64,000 nt of DNA from Octopus sinensis (GCF_006345805.1 NC_043003.1:5518001-5582000); one strand, 5' to 3'. Positions 26,749 to 39,498 are shown, counted from the first letter of the stretch. Notes: generated by a model from the sequence alone, not told the origin. A program made the numbers and translations.

Positions 26749-27566
26749 GGTTATCTTTCTATTTGCTTCTCCTCTCTATGTCTTTCTGTCTCTCTCTTTT
26801 CACCAATCTCTCCTCCGTCACCGATTCTTCCCCCTCACATTCAGCTAGCCTCCCCTTCCTCCTTCTCTCACTCCGCTACTGTCCCTCCGTTATCTTTCCC
26901 TTTCTCCCCCCCTCTACTAACTCCTTCTTCTTCCTCATACCACTCCCAGCGCTACCACAATGAAAACAGCACCACGACCACCACCACGGCTACTATCTCC
27001 AACACGGCCGTCACCACTACATTACTACTAGGACACCACCGCTACAACACCCCTCACACTGTCACCACTCCTCTACCATCACCCCTTCCACCACCACCGC
27101 CACCACCCCAGTACTAACTCCTCTACCACCACCCCTATACTACCTCCTACACAACAATTGTTTCTCTTTGACTCGCATATTTTTGTTCAGTGTTTCGTTA
27201 TTTTGTTTCTGTCCAGTTTGTCTCGCTTCAGTGAACACCACACACCCCGACCTCGGGCTTGGTTGAACTAATGAAGTCACGCTTCGTTGACTACGTCACG
27301 TGGCTATAGCAGAAGGAGGAGGAAGATCGCATATGCTGATGAGGGTGGCAGTTTGAGGAAGAAAAACATCTGAAGATTGAAGTCATTCCAATCAATCTCT
27401 CTCTCTTCCCCCTTTCCTCCCTCCCTCTCTCTCTTTATCAACTCACACCACTCTCATGGCATCTTAAATTTTCTCCTCCCCCTCTCTCTTATTCACATTT
27501 CTTTCATCACTTCGATCTCTCTGCCTCACTTTTCTTCTTGTTTACGTATCTTACTCTCCCTCCCTC

Positions 27567-27601
<35 letters not shown>

Positions 27602-27949
27602 CTCTCTCTCTCTCTATCTATCTATCTGTCAGTCTGTCACATTATATACGGTGTATGTACATGTCTCATTAAAACACATACGTCTGTACATACTCTCCCT
27701 CAGATATCCTCTATTCTATTCTGTCTCCATTATTCCCGCTCCCTCTCCTTACTCCCCCCCTCTCTCTCTCTCTTTCTAATATGTCACTCCTGGAGAGACA
27801 ATTAGCCACTTTAGTAATTTGAACACCAAAGTTCAACACTAAATTTTTTATTTTTGAAATTTTTTTTTTCAACTAATTTAGGAAATAATTTTCAGTTATT
27901 TTTAATATTTTCACCGTTTCTTCCTTGAAACATTAATATGTCTTAATTA

Positions 27950-27950
27950 T

Positions 27951-28034
<84 letters not shown>

Positions 28035-28350
28035 AGTGATGATGATGATGATGATGATGGTGATGATGATGTTAATGATGATGATGATGATGATGAAGAT
28101 GATGATGATGGTGATGATGATGATGATGATGAAGATGATGATGATGATGGTGATGACGATGACTTTGAAGCTGCTGCTACTGGTGCTGCCACTGCTTGTG
28201 ATGATGAGCATAAAGATGATGATGATCGTGGTGACGACAATGGTAATGGTGATAGTGATGATGATGATGATGATGATGATGGTGATGATGATGGTGATGA
28301 TGATACGTGTGATGATAATAATGGTGATGAAGACGATAATGATGATGATA
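27950..28350. repeat. (GAT)n microsatellite
   Basis: Long imperfect GAT run. Confidence 0.95.
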
Positions 28351-28799
28351 ATCTTCTTGTTGTCTTGCTCTGATCCAGCAAAATTATGTGTAAAGCCATT
28401 CCAACCGTGAGCAACCTGTCCTTTTAGGGATTTGCAGGATTATGGCAGTTTTTTGTAAATATTTTCATTTTTGTATCATTTAACATTTTCACATTTTAAC
28501 ATTTTCACATAAAAAGGGTTCGATTCAAGCCTTATTACCGACTACGACAACGACGACGTCGGGTGGTGGTGGGTGATGGTGGTGGTGGCGGCGACGGTGG
28601 TTGTGGTGGCGATTTATGAAACCAGTAGTCAAAACTGATATCCTATACTATCGAAAATGAAGGCCATATCATATAATAATATTGAGACAGATAACGCTAA
28701 ACATTTACTAGAAATCCCTTAAATATCTGCACCAACGGTACAGGGTAAGGCTTAGCAACAACAATGATCACTTTACCATAATTGAAATGATAAATAGAT

Positions 28800-28810
28800 T
28801 GTCATTATTA

Positions 28811-28848
<38 letters not shown>

Positions 28849-29045
28849 GTTGTTGTTATATTATTATTATTATTGTTGTTATTATTGTTATTATTATTGT
28901 TGTTGTTGTTATATTATTATCATTATTATCATTATTATTATTGTTGTTATCATTTTTATTATTGTTGTTGTTGTGGTTATTATTATTATTATCATTATTA
29001 TTATCATTGTTGTTATTATTATTATCATTATTATTATCGTTATTA

Positions 29046-29079
<34 letters not shown>

Positions 29080-29165
29080 CATCATCATTATTATTATCAT
29101 TGTTATTATTATCATTATTATTATGATTATTATGATCATTATTATTATTATTATTACTATTACTA
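28800..29165. repeat. (ATT)n/(GTT)n microsatellite
   Basis: Imperfect trinucleotide run. Confidence 0.95.
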
Positions 29166-29449
29166 ATTAGTTTTGTCACAAGATCTATAAGGTTATCGAC
29201 AGAGACATAAGACAAGACGGATAGTTGTAGGTGATAAAATTGTCATTTTTTAATGTTAACTACCAATAAATTAATTAATGAATGTCAAGACGTGAACCTT
29301 GTTGCAGAAATCTGGGTTGGAAGATTGCAGCCAGATACGGTCGAGATAGACATTTTTAAATTTGGCTCAAAAGAGAATCCTCCAAGAAGTCACAGGGTAT
29401 TCTTACAGTACCCACACACATAGAGACGCACACAAACACACATACATAC

Positions 29450-29465
29450 ATACAAACACACAGGC

Positions 29466-29502
<37 letters not shown>

Positions 29503-29806
29503 CACACATACAAACACACAGGCATATGTATATATATATATATATACACACACACACATACAAACACACAGGCATATGTATATATATATATATACACACA
29601 CACATACAAACACACAGGCATATGTATATATATATATACACACACACACACAAACACACAGGCATATGTATATATATATACACACACACACACAAACACA
29701 CAGGCATATGTATATATATTACACACACACACAAACACACAGGCATATGTATATATATATACACACACACACACAAACACACAGGCATATGTATATATAT
29801 ACACAC

Positions 29807-29822
<16 letters not shown>
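29450..29822. repeat. Minisatellite, about 8 copies of ACAAACACACAGGCATATG-(TA)n-(CA)n
   Basis: The GGCATATG anchor recurs about every 40-60 nt. Confidence 0.92.
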
Positions 29823-29847
<25 letters not shown>

Positions 29848-30444
29848 CACGCAAACACATACGCGCACACGTGCGCTGGTCTAGATATCTTTCCAAACCT
29901 GAGATAGGGAGTCACCGTTGAAGTGTTCAAGTCAGATCTCATCTAACGACATTTCTTTCTCGACAATAATTTCTCGACACAAACAGTAGAAACGAGAATG
30001 AGAATAATACAAGTGAACGTTTTAAGAATGATTTGGCGTTGCATATTGGAGTTTGCTTCTGTATAACGACGTATAAATAGACAGGGATGCAACAGGTTTA
30101 AAATACATTTTAACTGTCAGCGATAGTTTGCTTCGGACACAAGTGGAAAGCCCTCATACACATACACACATGAACTAACATGTTCTTGCAGGTGCCGTTC
30201 ACAAAGGTTTTTAAACGAAAGAACATAAGGATAAGCGTTTCCTTTAAACATTCATTTTATATATATAAAAGAAAAAATCCAAAAGAACTCCATCCTCGAT
30301 TTACTAGTTGATGATCGGAAGCGGGTAACTCTGATCCCTGGACATCACATCCTTTCAGTTACAATGCATTAAAGCATAAGTTCTCAATGTGGGTGCTGCC
30401 CACCTCCCCGTTGGACGTTGAGAGGGTCTGTTATGTCTGTTGCT

Positions 30445-30950
30445 ACGATCTGAGTTTAAATTCTGCCGAGGTCGACTTTACCTTTTATTCTTTCGGGATC
30501 GATTAAATAAGTACCAGTGGTGCACTGAGGTCACTGTAATCAACTTAATCTCGTACCCCAAAATGTCAGGCCTTGTGCCTACAGTGGAAAGGATTATTAC
30601 TGTTATCATTAAGACAGCAGGTTGCCAGAAACAGAATGTTTTTTTGGAGTGCCATGACAGTATTTATTGAGTTCCATTCCTCTGCCTCCTGACTTGAAAA
30701 TCAGTTGGAGGCCTGCGTTATTTCTTTTGTTTTTATATCTGGTTATGATAAAATAAGTACCCAAGTGGGGTACTATATCCCAATAAATTTTAAGGCATTA
30801 TACTTACATAGGAAATCATTATGTTTAAGGTGGTCGGTTGGAAGAATCGTCAAAACATTGCCTTCTGTTATTGTGTTATTTGTTTTCTAAGTTCAAATCC
30901 TGACGCAGTCAACATTGCCTTTTATCCTTTTTTCGGGGGTTGATAAAAAT
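30445..30950 (+). mobile_element. Cluster of degenerate SINE family B fragments
   Basis: AATTCTGCCGAGGTCGACTTT..GATTAAATAAGTACCAG with tail GGCCTTGTGCCTACAGTGGAAAGG; further partial cores at about 30690-30770 and 30885-30950. Confidence 0.7.
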
Positions 30951-31085
30951 AGATGGGCCCTTTTCATCAACTAAACAATGGCCCCATGAGATCCGCTCCA
31001 AACGTTAAATCCTCCTTCTTTCTTTCCTTTCCTGAGCGTCCAATAACACCATACTTGTTCCATGTCCTCGCGGGATTAACTATAT

Positions 31086-31179
<94 letters not shown>

Positions 31180-31380
31180 TAATCTAAAACAAGAAACGAA
31201 CAAAAAACACAACAACGAGAAAGAAAACAATAACGCGAGGACGTGGTACATGTAAAGTATTAGCAGACGCTCAGGGAAGGAAAGGAAGGTGTTTTTTACG
31301 TTTCGAGCAAAGTTCTTCTTCAGAAACTGAGAAAAGTCCAAGAGAAAAGGAAGAAGGGGGAAAAATCGCCAAAATTACAC
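31180..31380 (-). mobile_element. pLTR-like mini-element with hammerhead motif at 31291-31327
   Basis: Minus strand: gttt CTGAAGA a gaac ttt gctc GAAA cg TA aaaaac. Homologous to 43630-43830 and, inverted, to 30985-31075. Confidence 0.7.
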
Positions 31381-31863
31381 ATGTAGTTGCAGTTTGAAAT
31401 GACTGGAAGGGAATGGATGAAGAAAAAGTTCTTTCTGAGACAGGAGAGTGGAAGAGAAGGAGGTATATGTGTGTATGTGTGGGTATGTGCGCACGAGAGT
31501 TTGTGTGTGTGGCTGTAACTGAGTGCGTTTGTGTGTATGTGGATGGTAGTAACTGTGTGTGTATGTTGTGTGTGTAGTATTAACTGATCATATGCGTATG
31601 TGTGAGTGAACTTTGAGTCTGTTAATGTTGTAAGAAAGAATTCAGCAGGTATGGTAACAGAAGTTGTGGTCTTTTGTGGTTCTGATAATATAAAAATAAG
31701 GATTACTCCGAAGTAACAATGGCTTTACCTTTAATTCGATAATTACATAACGCCTTTAAGGCCAACACATGCTTCAAATGCACATACACACACACACACA
31801 CACACACACTCACATGTGTATGCTGCGTGCGCGCATATGTATGTACTTATATGTATGGTTATA

Positions 31864-31906
<43 letters not shown>

Positions 31907-32110
31907 ATGTAATTTGTTACTTGTAACAGTCGGCACATGTCCCTGCTGTACTGGTATATGAACCGCCCATTCTGTAGCAGCTGTGTGGTCCGATTCTGTT
32001 GTATTGTTATTAACTTTTTAACTGTATAAGGTTTTGAAACGCATTATTTGTGACTACGCTTGCGTTTGAGTGACTTGATGACAAACTTTGAAAAGTCTCA
32101 ATAATACAAA

Positions 32111-32680
32111 CTAGAAGATATTCAGATGCATGCGTGCATGCGTGCTATTCCTGTCTGAGTATGCAAGTCTTTATGCGCGAAACGCTCCCACCCCACCCTC
32201 GTCCAATGGACGGTGCTCAGTTGTCAAACATTTAAACCAAATTTTCTCAAAACAACTTTGAGAATCACTGATTTAACCTACATTTGAGACAGCAGCAAAA
32301 GAAGAAGTAAAGATAGACTTTTTTTCTATTCCAAAGAAAAACGATTTTATTCACGCAAATATGCAAAAGACAATATACTGCATTTTGTGGCATTATTTCA
32401 AGCCAGCCGGCTTTTTTTGCGCAAACTGCACGTGTATTTTTCTCGCGTACGCGTAGTATCGATCGCAACGGCTGATGTACTTGCGCTTACAAATGCACGT
32501 TTCCACGGCTTTATCGATCACATTCTCACCTGGAATCGATTTTTGTAATTTTGTCAAGACTTATACACGCCCTGATACCGTCAGTATCTATTTAACAAAT
32601 TTGAGGGCAATCGGATGGAGGATGCTCAAGATCCTAGAAGATACACACACATATAGACAGAACGGATTTTGTATAATAGA
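32111..32680 (-). mobile_element. Non-autonomous Helitron, second family
   Basis: Minus strand starts A|TCTATTATACAAAA and ends with a GCATGC-containing hairpin and CTAG|T. Confidence 0.75.
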
Positions 32681-32730
32681 TATGTCTGTGTGTGTCTGTA
32701 TAGCCTTCTTTATAAGTATCTCACTATAAA

Positions 32731-32954
32731 AACGGCTGATATAAATGTTGAATTGTTGGTTGACTGATATGTTCAGTTATGCTCTAAATTTTATAGAGAT
32801 TGGGGAGGGAACAGACAAGAAATTGGGAAAGATTTAACATAATGGGTGCAGGATGAGTCTACACACAAGGCTTGGTGGCAGGCAAAGAGTAAAAGAAGGT
32901 TATATCAAGCATACACAGTGAAAGGAGAAGAATCATAGAGAAAGAGAAGAAAGG

Positions 32955-32995
<41 letters not shown>

Positions 32996-33111
32996 GAGAG
33001 AAAATGACAAAGTAGTTGTTGACACGTTTGTTTGGCTTGGTATATTCTAATTGATATTAGTCATTGTAGCAAAATTATATTTCCAAAGCCATTCACGATG
33101 AGCAACACTAT
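32731..33111. promoter_or_regulatory. Unique-sequence element paralogous to 9159-10004
   Basis: Colinear conserved blocks (see findings). Confidence 0.5.
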
Positions 33112-33289
33112 TCTTCTAATGAATGACTGGTTTGATTTTATATTCGTTATTTTCTTCCGTGTCATAAATAAAACGTGTTATCACATACGTCATACATCAT
33201 TATAAATAATATTGTCATTATGTACAAGATATATATTGTCACTTAATTAAAGACTTAAAACATTATTTGTCTAATTAATTTATCTAACA

Positions 33290-33670
33290 CTAGCAGTATC
33301 GCCCGGCTTTGCTCAGGTTTGTAAGGGAAATAACTATAAAGCATTTTTAGAGTTATAGCCAAAAAATAGCAAAAAAATGGAAAAAAATGATGGTAAATTT
33401 TTTTTTAAGTTAAAAAAGGTGGAGTTGCGTCCCCTAGACAGTTTGCGGTTTGTGTTTCTAATTCTCGACCCCATGTCGAATTTATCGATATTTTTCAGAA
33501 CTGGGGGAACTTTTCAAAATTTTCGCTGCGTTAGTTTTGAATTATGACATTGGGCTATGTGTGTGTCAAGTTTCATCAGAATCGGTTGAAAGCCGTGGTC
33601 AGGGTGAGGGTACAAGCAAACAGACACACAGAAACACGCACAGACAAACTGCCGTTTATATAGAGAGAGA
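33290..33670 (-). mobile_element. Non-autonomous Helitron sharing its 3' end with 7450-7808
   Basis: Minus strand A|TCTCTCTCTATATAAAC ... TTCCCTTACAAACCTGAGCAAAGCCGGGCGATACTGCTAG|T. Confidence 0.85.
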
Positions 33671-33809
33671 TTGATAGGTTTTTTAATGAAAAATGACATT
33701 TTTTTTTCCTGTAACCATTTTACCTTCGCAAAATGATGAGATTTCTTTGAGTTTTTTTTCCACTCACCGATTGGAATGTGATTCTTTAGTTATCTGAGTT
33801 TTATCAGTG

Positions 33810-34215
33810 GAAAAGGGGAAGACTCAGCACATGGATCTCCGTGACCCTTCCGGCTGATCCCTCCAGGCTGATCCCGTAAGTGTTTCTCGTGAATGATTGC
33901 AAGAGAACACTTGAATAAGGTAAGATAATGAAGTGGAGCGATTCCGGAAGGGTGAGGTTGTGGGAAGGTCAGACTGGACGCAGGGGTTAGTACTGAGTTT
34001 ACGGGGTTAAAGAATAAAAGGATGAGAGAAAGTGAGAAGCTGAAAGCAAGTGACAGGGGTCCAGTCCGCTGCCAAGAGAAGAGGCCATTTTAATAGCGTT
34101 AGGAAATGAAGATACAGGAGATAACTCGTTTGTGGGTCAGAGGCTGGGTCTCCTTGGTAGTGATGGTGTAGCAATCAGATAAGGATGGGAAGATTTTCTG
34201 GATGTCTTTCAGATT
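33810..34215 (-). mobile_element. Possible decayed 3' end of a CR1/Jockey-type LINE
   Basis: Minus frames give TQPLTHKRVISC..RY*NG, resembling LQPLSHRRxVxxLxxFYRYYNG. Weak. Confidence 0.4.
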
Positions 34216-35317
34216 TTGGGATAGCTAAAAGTAACAAACATATCTCCCTCAAATCACACCCTGCTGTATTTCTAAGAAAAACAAAGAATATGCCGACTAA
34301 CTGAAAAGAGAAATTCCTAAATCTACCCGTAATAACTGTGTAGTTACGGTACCGAATTTCTTGCTAAAGGCCACATTTTATTGAAATATAATGGTGGCTA
34401 ATATTTTAAGTGACTTAAAAACAGTATATGACTTGTTCACACAGATAACATAATTTCTATAATGAAATTACATGAATATGACCAAACACTCACACACACA
34501 TGCTCACACACAAAGACACACACTCGCAAGCACACACACACACACTTGCATGTATGGAATTAAACGATGGAACAAATATAGAAAATTGATATCGTTTATT
34601 CATTGAAGTTTTATTATTTACTGAATTTGGAAGCTAAGCATCCTCCCATTGTGCGTGTGTGTGTGCGTGCCTGCTTCTGTGAGTGTATGTCTGTGTTACG
34701 ATGAATGTATGTGCGTGTTTGTGTGAATATGTACTGCATCACTTCCCTTGTGCTGCCCATTAGATAAGGCATTGAGAAGGGGATAGAAAAATATTTGGAA
34801 TCTGAAGGAAGTGTCTCTATTAGCAACAATCACAATGGCGTTTTGAGGATACCAATAATTTAGCTGACCAACAGGACTGGAAAATGTTAATGTTGCAGGT
34901 TGTAAAACTCCAACGTTTGAGCCTGAACAAACAAGAAATGTACCTTGTAGTACCTCAGCTACATTTCGGATTTGTTGTACTCCCGAAGGGGAGAGCAGAT
35001 ATGAAGTAAAGTAATTTATAATTAGGAATTCAATTTTAAAAAAATAGCAATTAGCATATTATGTTATCAACGAATTTGGAAGAACTTTGAAGATTATTAT
35101 TCTAATGAATATTTTCCAAACTAAAATTTCTGCAGTAAAATAAACTAAAGCATCGAAAGAAAAGTATGATGGAACGTTAAACTAATTTAAAACCTAAAAG
35201 GATGGCTAACATACCTAAAAGTAAACCTCTGTCAAGAATATTTGGTCAAGATTTATTGAGAGGCCACGTCTCGTTCCATATATATCTGTTCAATATACAT
35301 TAATATTTTAATTGTTA

Positions 35318-35907
35318 AGGCGGCGAGCTGGCAGAAACGTTAGCACGCCGGGCGAAATGCTTAGCGGTATTTCGTCTGCGTTACGTTGTGAGTTCAAATT
35401 CCGCCGAGGTCGACTTTGCCTTTCATCCTTTCGGGGTCGATAAATTAAGTACCAGTTACGTACTGGGGTCGATGTAATCGACTTAATACCTATGTCTGTC
35501 CTTGTTTGTCCGCTCTGTGTTTAGCCCCTTGTGGGTAATAAAGAAATAGGTATTTCGTCTGCCGTTAAGTTCCGAGTTCAAATTCCGCCGAGGTCGACTT
35601 TGCCTTTCATCCTTTCGGGGTCGATAAATTAAGTACCAGTTACGTACTGGGGTCGATGTAATCGACTTAATACCTATGTCTGTCCTTGTTTGTCCGCTCT
35701 GTGTTTAGCCCCTTGTGGGTAATAAAGAAATAGGTATTTCGTCTACCGTTAAGTTCCGAGTTCAAATTCCGCCGAGGTCGACTTTGCCTTTCATCCTTTC
35801 GGTGATCGATAAATTAAGTACCGGTAGCGTCCTGGGGTCGATCTCATCGACTTAATCCCCTTGTTTGTCCCCTCTATGTTTAGCCCCCTGTGGGCAATAA
35901 AGAAATA
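35318..35907 (+). mobile_element. SINE family B as a head plus 3 tandem bodies (183-184 bp period) inside one TSD
   Basis: GGTATTTCGTCT recurs at 35366, 35549 and 35733. Flanks AATATTTTAATTGTTA (35302-35317) and AATATTTTAGTTGTTA (35908-35923). Confidence 0.93.
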
Positions 35908-36573
35908 AATATTTTAGTTGTTATCATAATGCATAAATTTAGAGTGTCAATTTGTGATTCCAATGTATCGATATATAACTGTTCCAGTTCAATATACGTC
36001 TTACTACACTATATCAATGTCCTGCTTCAATAGCGATGTCCCAGTTTAACGTATATTGTCTCAGTTCAGTGTTCCATTCATTGTCCCAACATATATTGTC
36101 CCAATTCAATATAAAATATCGCAGTTCAATACAACGATGTCTTATTTCCACATATCAATATGGCGGTGTAAAATATTACATTCCAGATTCACTACAAAAC
36201 TGCCACATTCCGTATGTGTAAACTTGCCCCAGATCAAGCAATAAGAAAGTAATCAATACAATCGATACATTAATTAATTCTGGACAACTGATTTACACGG
36301 TAGAGTGGAAAATTAAAAGAGTCAGAAATTAAAAGTTGATTGGAATCTCGAAGTGTTGTTAAAGGTTGAGTGCAGAAGAGAATATTTTAGAAGGTAAAGA
36401 AAGTAGAAACGGAGGGGGAGGGTAGGCCGATATATGTGTGTGCGTTTGTGCGTGTGTGTGTATACGGTGGTGTTCTAGCATGGCCGCAGCCGCATGGCTG
36501 AAAACACTAAAAGAATATATATGCTTGTATATGTGTGTGTGTATGTCTTTCTGTTTGTGTCTGTGTGCATGTG

Positions 36574-36623
<50 letters not shown>

Positions 36624-36653
36624 ATATATATATATATACATACATATGTGACG

Positions 36654-36704
<51 letters not shown>

Positions 36705-36904
36705 CATACACACACACAACACACACATATGTATATATATATACATACAAGCATACCTAGAGATGAGGAATTTATGTTGTATGATATTTGACATACCTAT
36801 ATTTGTCGAATACATTCAAATACTGGTCACCATCACTAGATATTTATCATTTCATTTTTTATTACATTATGCAAATTACCCAGTACATAACTGTTTTCTC
36901 CTTT

Positions 36905-37152
36905 ACATTATTTACATTTGACAGATATTTGTCCTCATCTTGTTTGCTGTTAACACAACTTTTCGGCTGACATACCCTTCAGCCTTCATCAGGTATCTTG
37001 GGGAAATTTCGAACCTGGGAACTCATATTATAATCATTACTATTATTCAGGTCACTGCCTGGAATCGAACTCGGTATCTTGGTGTTAGTAGCCCACACTC
37101 TTAAACATTACGCTATATGGAGGCTGGAGGGTATATCAGCCGAAACATTGTG
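36905..37152 (-). mobile_element. tRNA-headed element carrying a hammerhead ribozyme, with an inverted partial hammerhead copy at its 5' end
   Basis: A box (37105-37115), B box GAGTTCGATTCC (37061-37072), hammerhead 36952-36998, inverted fragment 37121-37152. The 3' boundary is uncertain and may extend to about 36760. Confidence 0.75.
36952..36998 (-). ncRNA. Minimal type I hammerhead ribozyme
   Basis: Minus strand: gatac CTGATGA a ggctga agggtatg tcagcc GAAA ag TT gtgtt. Stem I 5 bp with G-U pairs, stem II 6 bp. Confidence 0.7.
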
Positions 37153-38559
37153 GAAAGCAGCCTATGTTTTTACTTTATTCAACTGACATATCATTCTATA
37201 TACTATCACACAAATTCCTAACTCTCTCTCTCTATATATATATATACAAACACAAATAAAGATTGTGATAAATACATATTATATATATTTCTACATATGT
37301 ATGTATATTTCTGCATATATCAAACAATATAAGGAACAGAATAGGTAAAAAAAATTACCACATATGTTTCAAAGATAGACTTTGTATGTTTTACTAACAT
37401 ATACAAAAAGCAGTTTGGCTAATCGTCAGATTCAATAAACTGCGGTTGTTTAATTCGTCACACGGAGAAGAGCGAAGAGGACTTGCTAAACTGTTTCTCT
37501 GTGTGTTGAGTGTTAAGAAATATAAAGTTTAGTTCGGAATCATATGAACTCTTTAATTAACTTTTCCATGCCTTTTTTTCATTTTATTATTATTGAGAGA
37601 AAAATGCTTGCCATTAAAGTGACAATGAGGTAAAATATACGAAGCCCAGTATACCCATCATGACTATCCGTCTGATAAGGGTACACCAGACACAGGCATC
37701 ACAAATATATGTGTGCGACATGGTGATCGCATATCAAGATAAACAGCGCACGACATTGCAGGTGGGGCCCAGTTAGAATTTTTTTTTCAGGTCAGGTAGC
37801 CCATCCCGCTCAAACTGAAGCTCCAAAGGTGAATTATTCAAGCCCCAAAGAATACTTCCCAATACATGACTATGATGCTCCCTCACTACTTGTGCTAGTT
37901 ATCGGAGATGCACTTACTAAGGGACATACTCAGCTGGTTATGGTCAAATAACTGACTTGCAAATCTGTGGTACTGAGCAGAATATTTATACCAATACCAA
38001 ACAATGTACATGATAAAACTTCCAATCAGTTAAGATCAGAAGCCATGAGAGCCACTGCCTGGTACTATAACAGGGCACTTCTTCTTCTTCTTCTTATTAT
38101 TATTTTAAAAAGTTTAATTCGGCCCCGTGCGTATACTCATCATAAGAATATAGTTCATCTGTCGACCGAATACGGAGTTGGAGTAAATCGAAAATGACTG
38201 CTGAAAATTGGGCTGCCGTTGGTCAATGGTCAATGTGCCATTGGCACATATGCTATTGTTGACAATTGCCGAATCAAGCCGTTTTTACTCTATGTAACTT
38301 GTACCAAATGTGTTCACTGCCTGTTTCTTTTGATGAAATAAGTACCAGTTGAACACTGGGTTCAATGTAATCGACTAAATTACTACTGAGCAGGAGTATA
38401 AAAACTGCAGCCCTTTCCCATGTCTTGTAGAAATAGAGTGGCAAGTTAGGGTCATCAAACGGAAGCTCCAAATCCCAGCCTGCACACCGAACCCGCGAAT
38501 GGGTCTTGCAGCGGTCTAAACATAGGCAATGACAATGCAGTGCAATCCACTATATGTAT

Positions 38560-38754
38560 TTCCAAGGAATCTAATCCTTTTAGCTTATTTTTTCCTTGGG
38601 GCTGGCCAGATTGAAGCAATCTCAAGATTAATCAGCCGAAATTGCGAGGATGATCCGGTTCTTGACTGAAGATTAAAGGCTTCGAATGACGCATCCGTGA
38701 TTTTTTTGTATCGTCTATCTGAATGTTTTGCGTTCTTTTCCCATTTTGCATTTC

Positions 38755-38814
<60 letters not shown>

Positions 38815-38845
38815 GCGCCGTACGTACACTATGTTCTCTTACATA
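38560..38845 (+). mobile_element. Interspersed repeat fragment in (TA)n, homologous to 19082-19250
   Basis: See 19082-19250. Confidence 0.7.
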
Positions 38846-39405
38846 TATATATTACATACACAGAGATTTAGAAAATAGACGGACAGACAAAAAAAGGAAG
38901 ATACATTTAATATGACAAAGCAAAATATTGTTCATCGATAATTAAAAACATTTAATTAAGACATTAAAATATTTAATAAAGTAAGTAAAATTGAAAGTAC
39001 ACAACATTGTTCCAAAGTATACTACAGACGTGTTTTGGCACAAGAGGAAACCATTAGAATACCAGAGGCTACATTAGTACAAGAGTAAAGATGGTGACAC
39101 TCAACACAGAAAACAACACATACTCTCAATAAACACACACACACACATGCATGCATACATAGACACACGGCCACACATGTACCGCCATAATTCACAGGAT
39201 TTTACCCTCAAGAAATAAACTGTTGTTGTGCTTGTTGCTATTGTTGTTGTTGTTGTTGTTATTGTCGCTGAGGTTGTTATTTATATACATGCATGATATA
39301 TATATATATACGTGTGTGTGATTCTTTTATATCATGTATATCTATATTTAAACGTCCAGACGCACACATCAATACGCACCTTCACTCACAAGATGCATAT
39401 ATATA

Positions 39406-39453
<48 letters not shown>

Positions 39454-39467
39454 TACATAAATGTGTG

Positions 39468-39498
<31 letters not shown>

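Noticed and set aside
29450-29822. CRISPR-like repeat-spacer array
   Set aside because: The spacers are just variable-length (TA)n/(CA)n, the context is eukaryotic and there are no cas genes.
37050-37119. tRNA gene (also SINE heads at 43490-43557, 53950-54018, 5060-5136)
   Set aside because: The acceptor stems do not pair and the heads run into SINE bodies. They are tRNA-derived promoters, not tRNAs.
37600-38080. Probable interspersed repeat
   Set aside because: Single copy in this window with no diagnostic termini or coding motif, so it cannot be supported here.
38598-38690. GGCTG..CAGCC-GAAA followed by CTGAAGA as a type II or permuted hammerhead (also 19195-19245)
   Set aside because: The stems cannot be closed in a canonical topology and there is no NUH at the right place.
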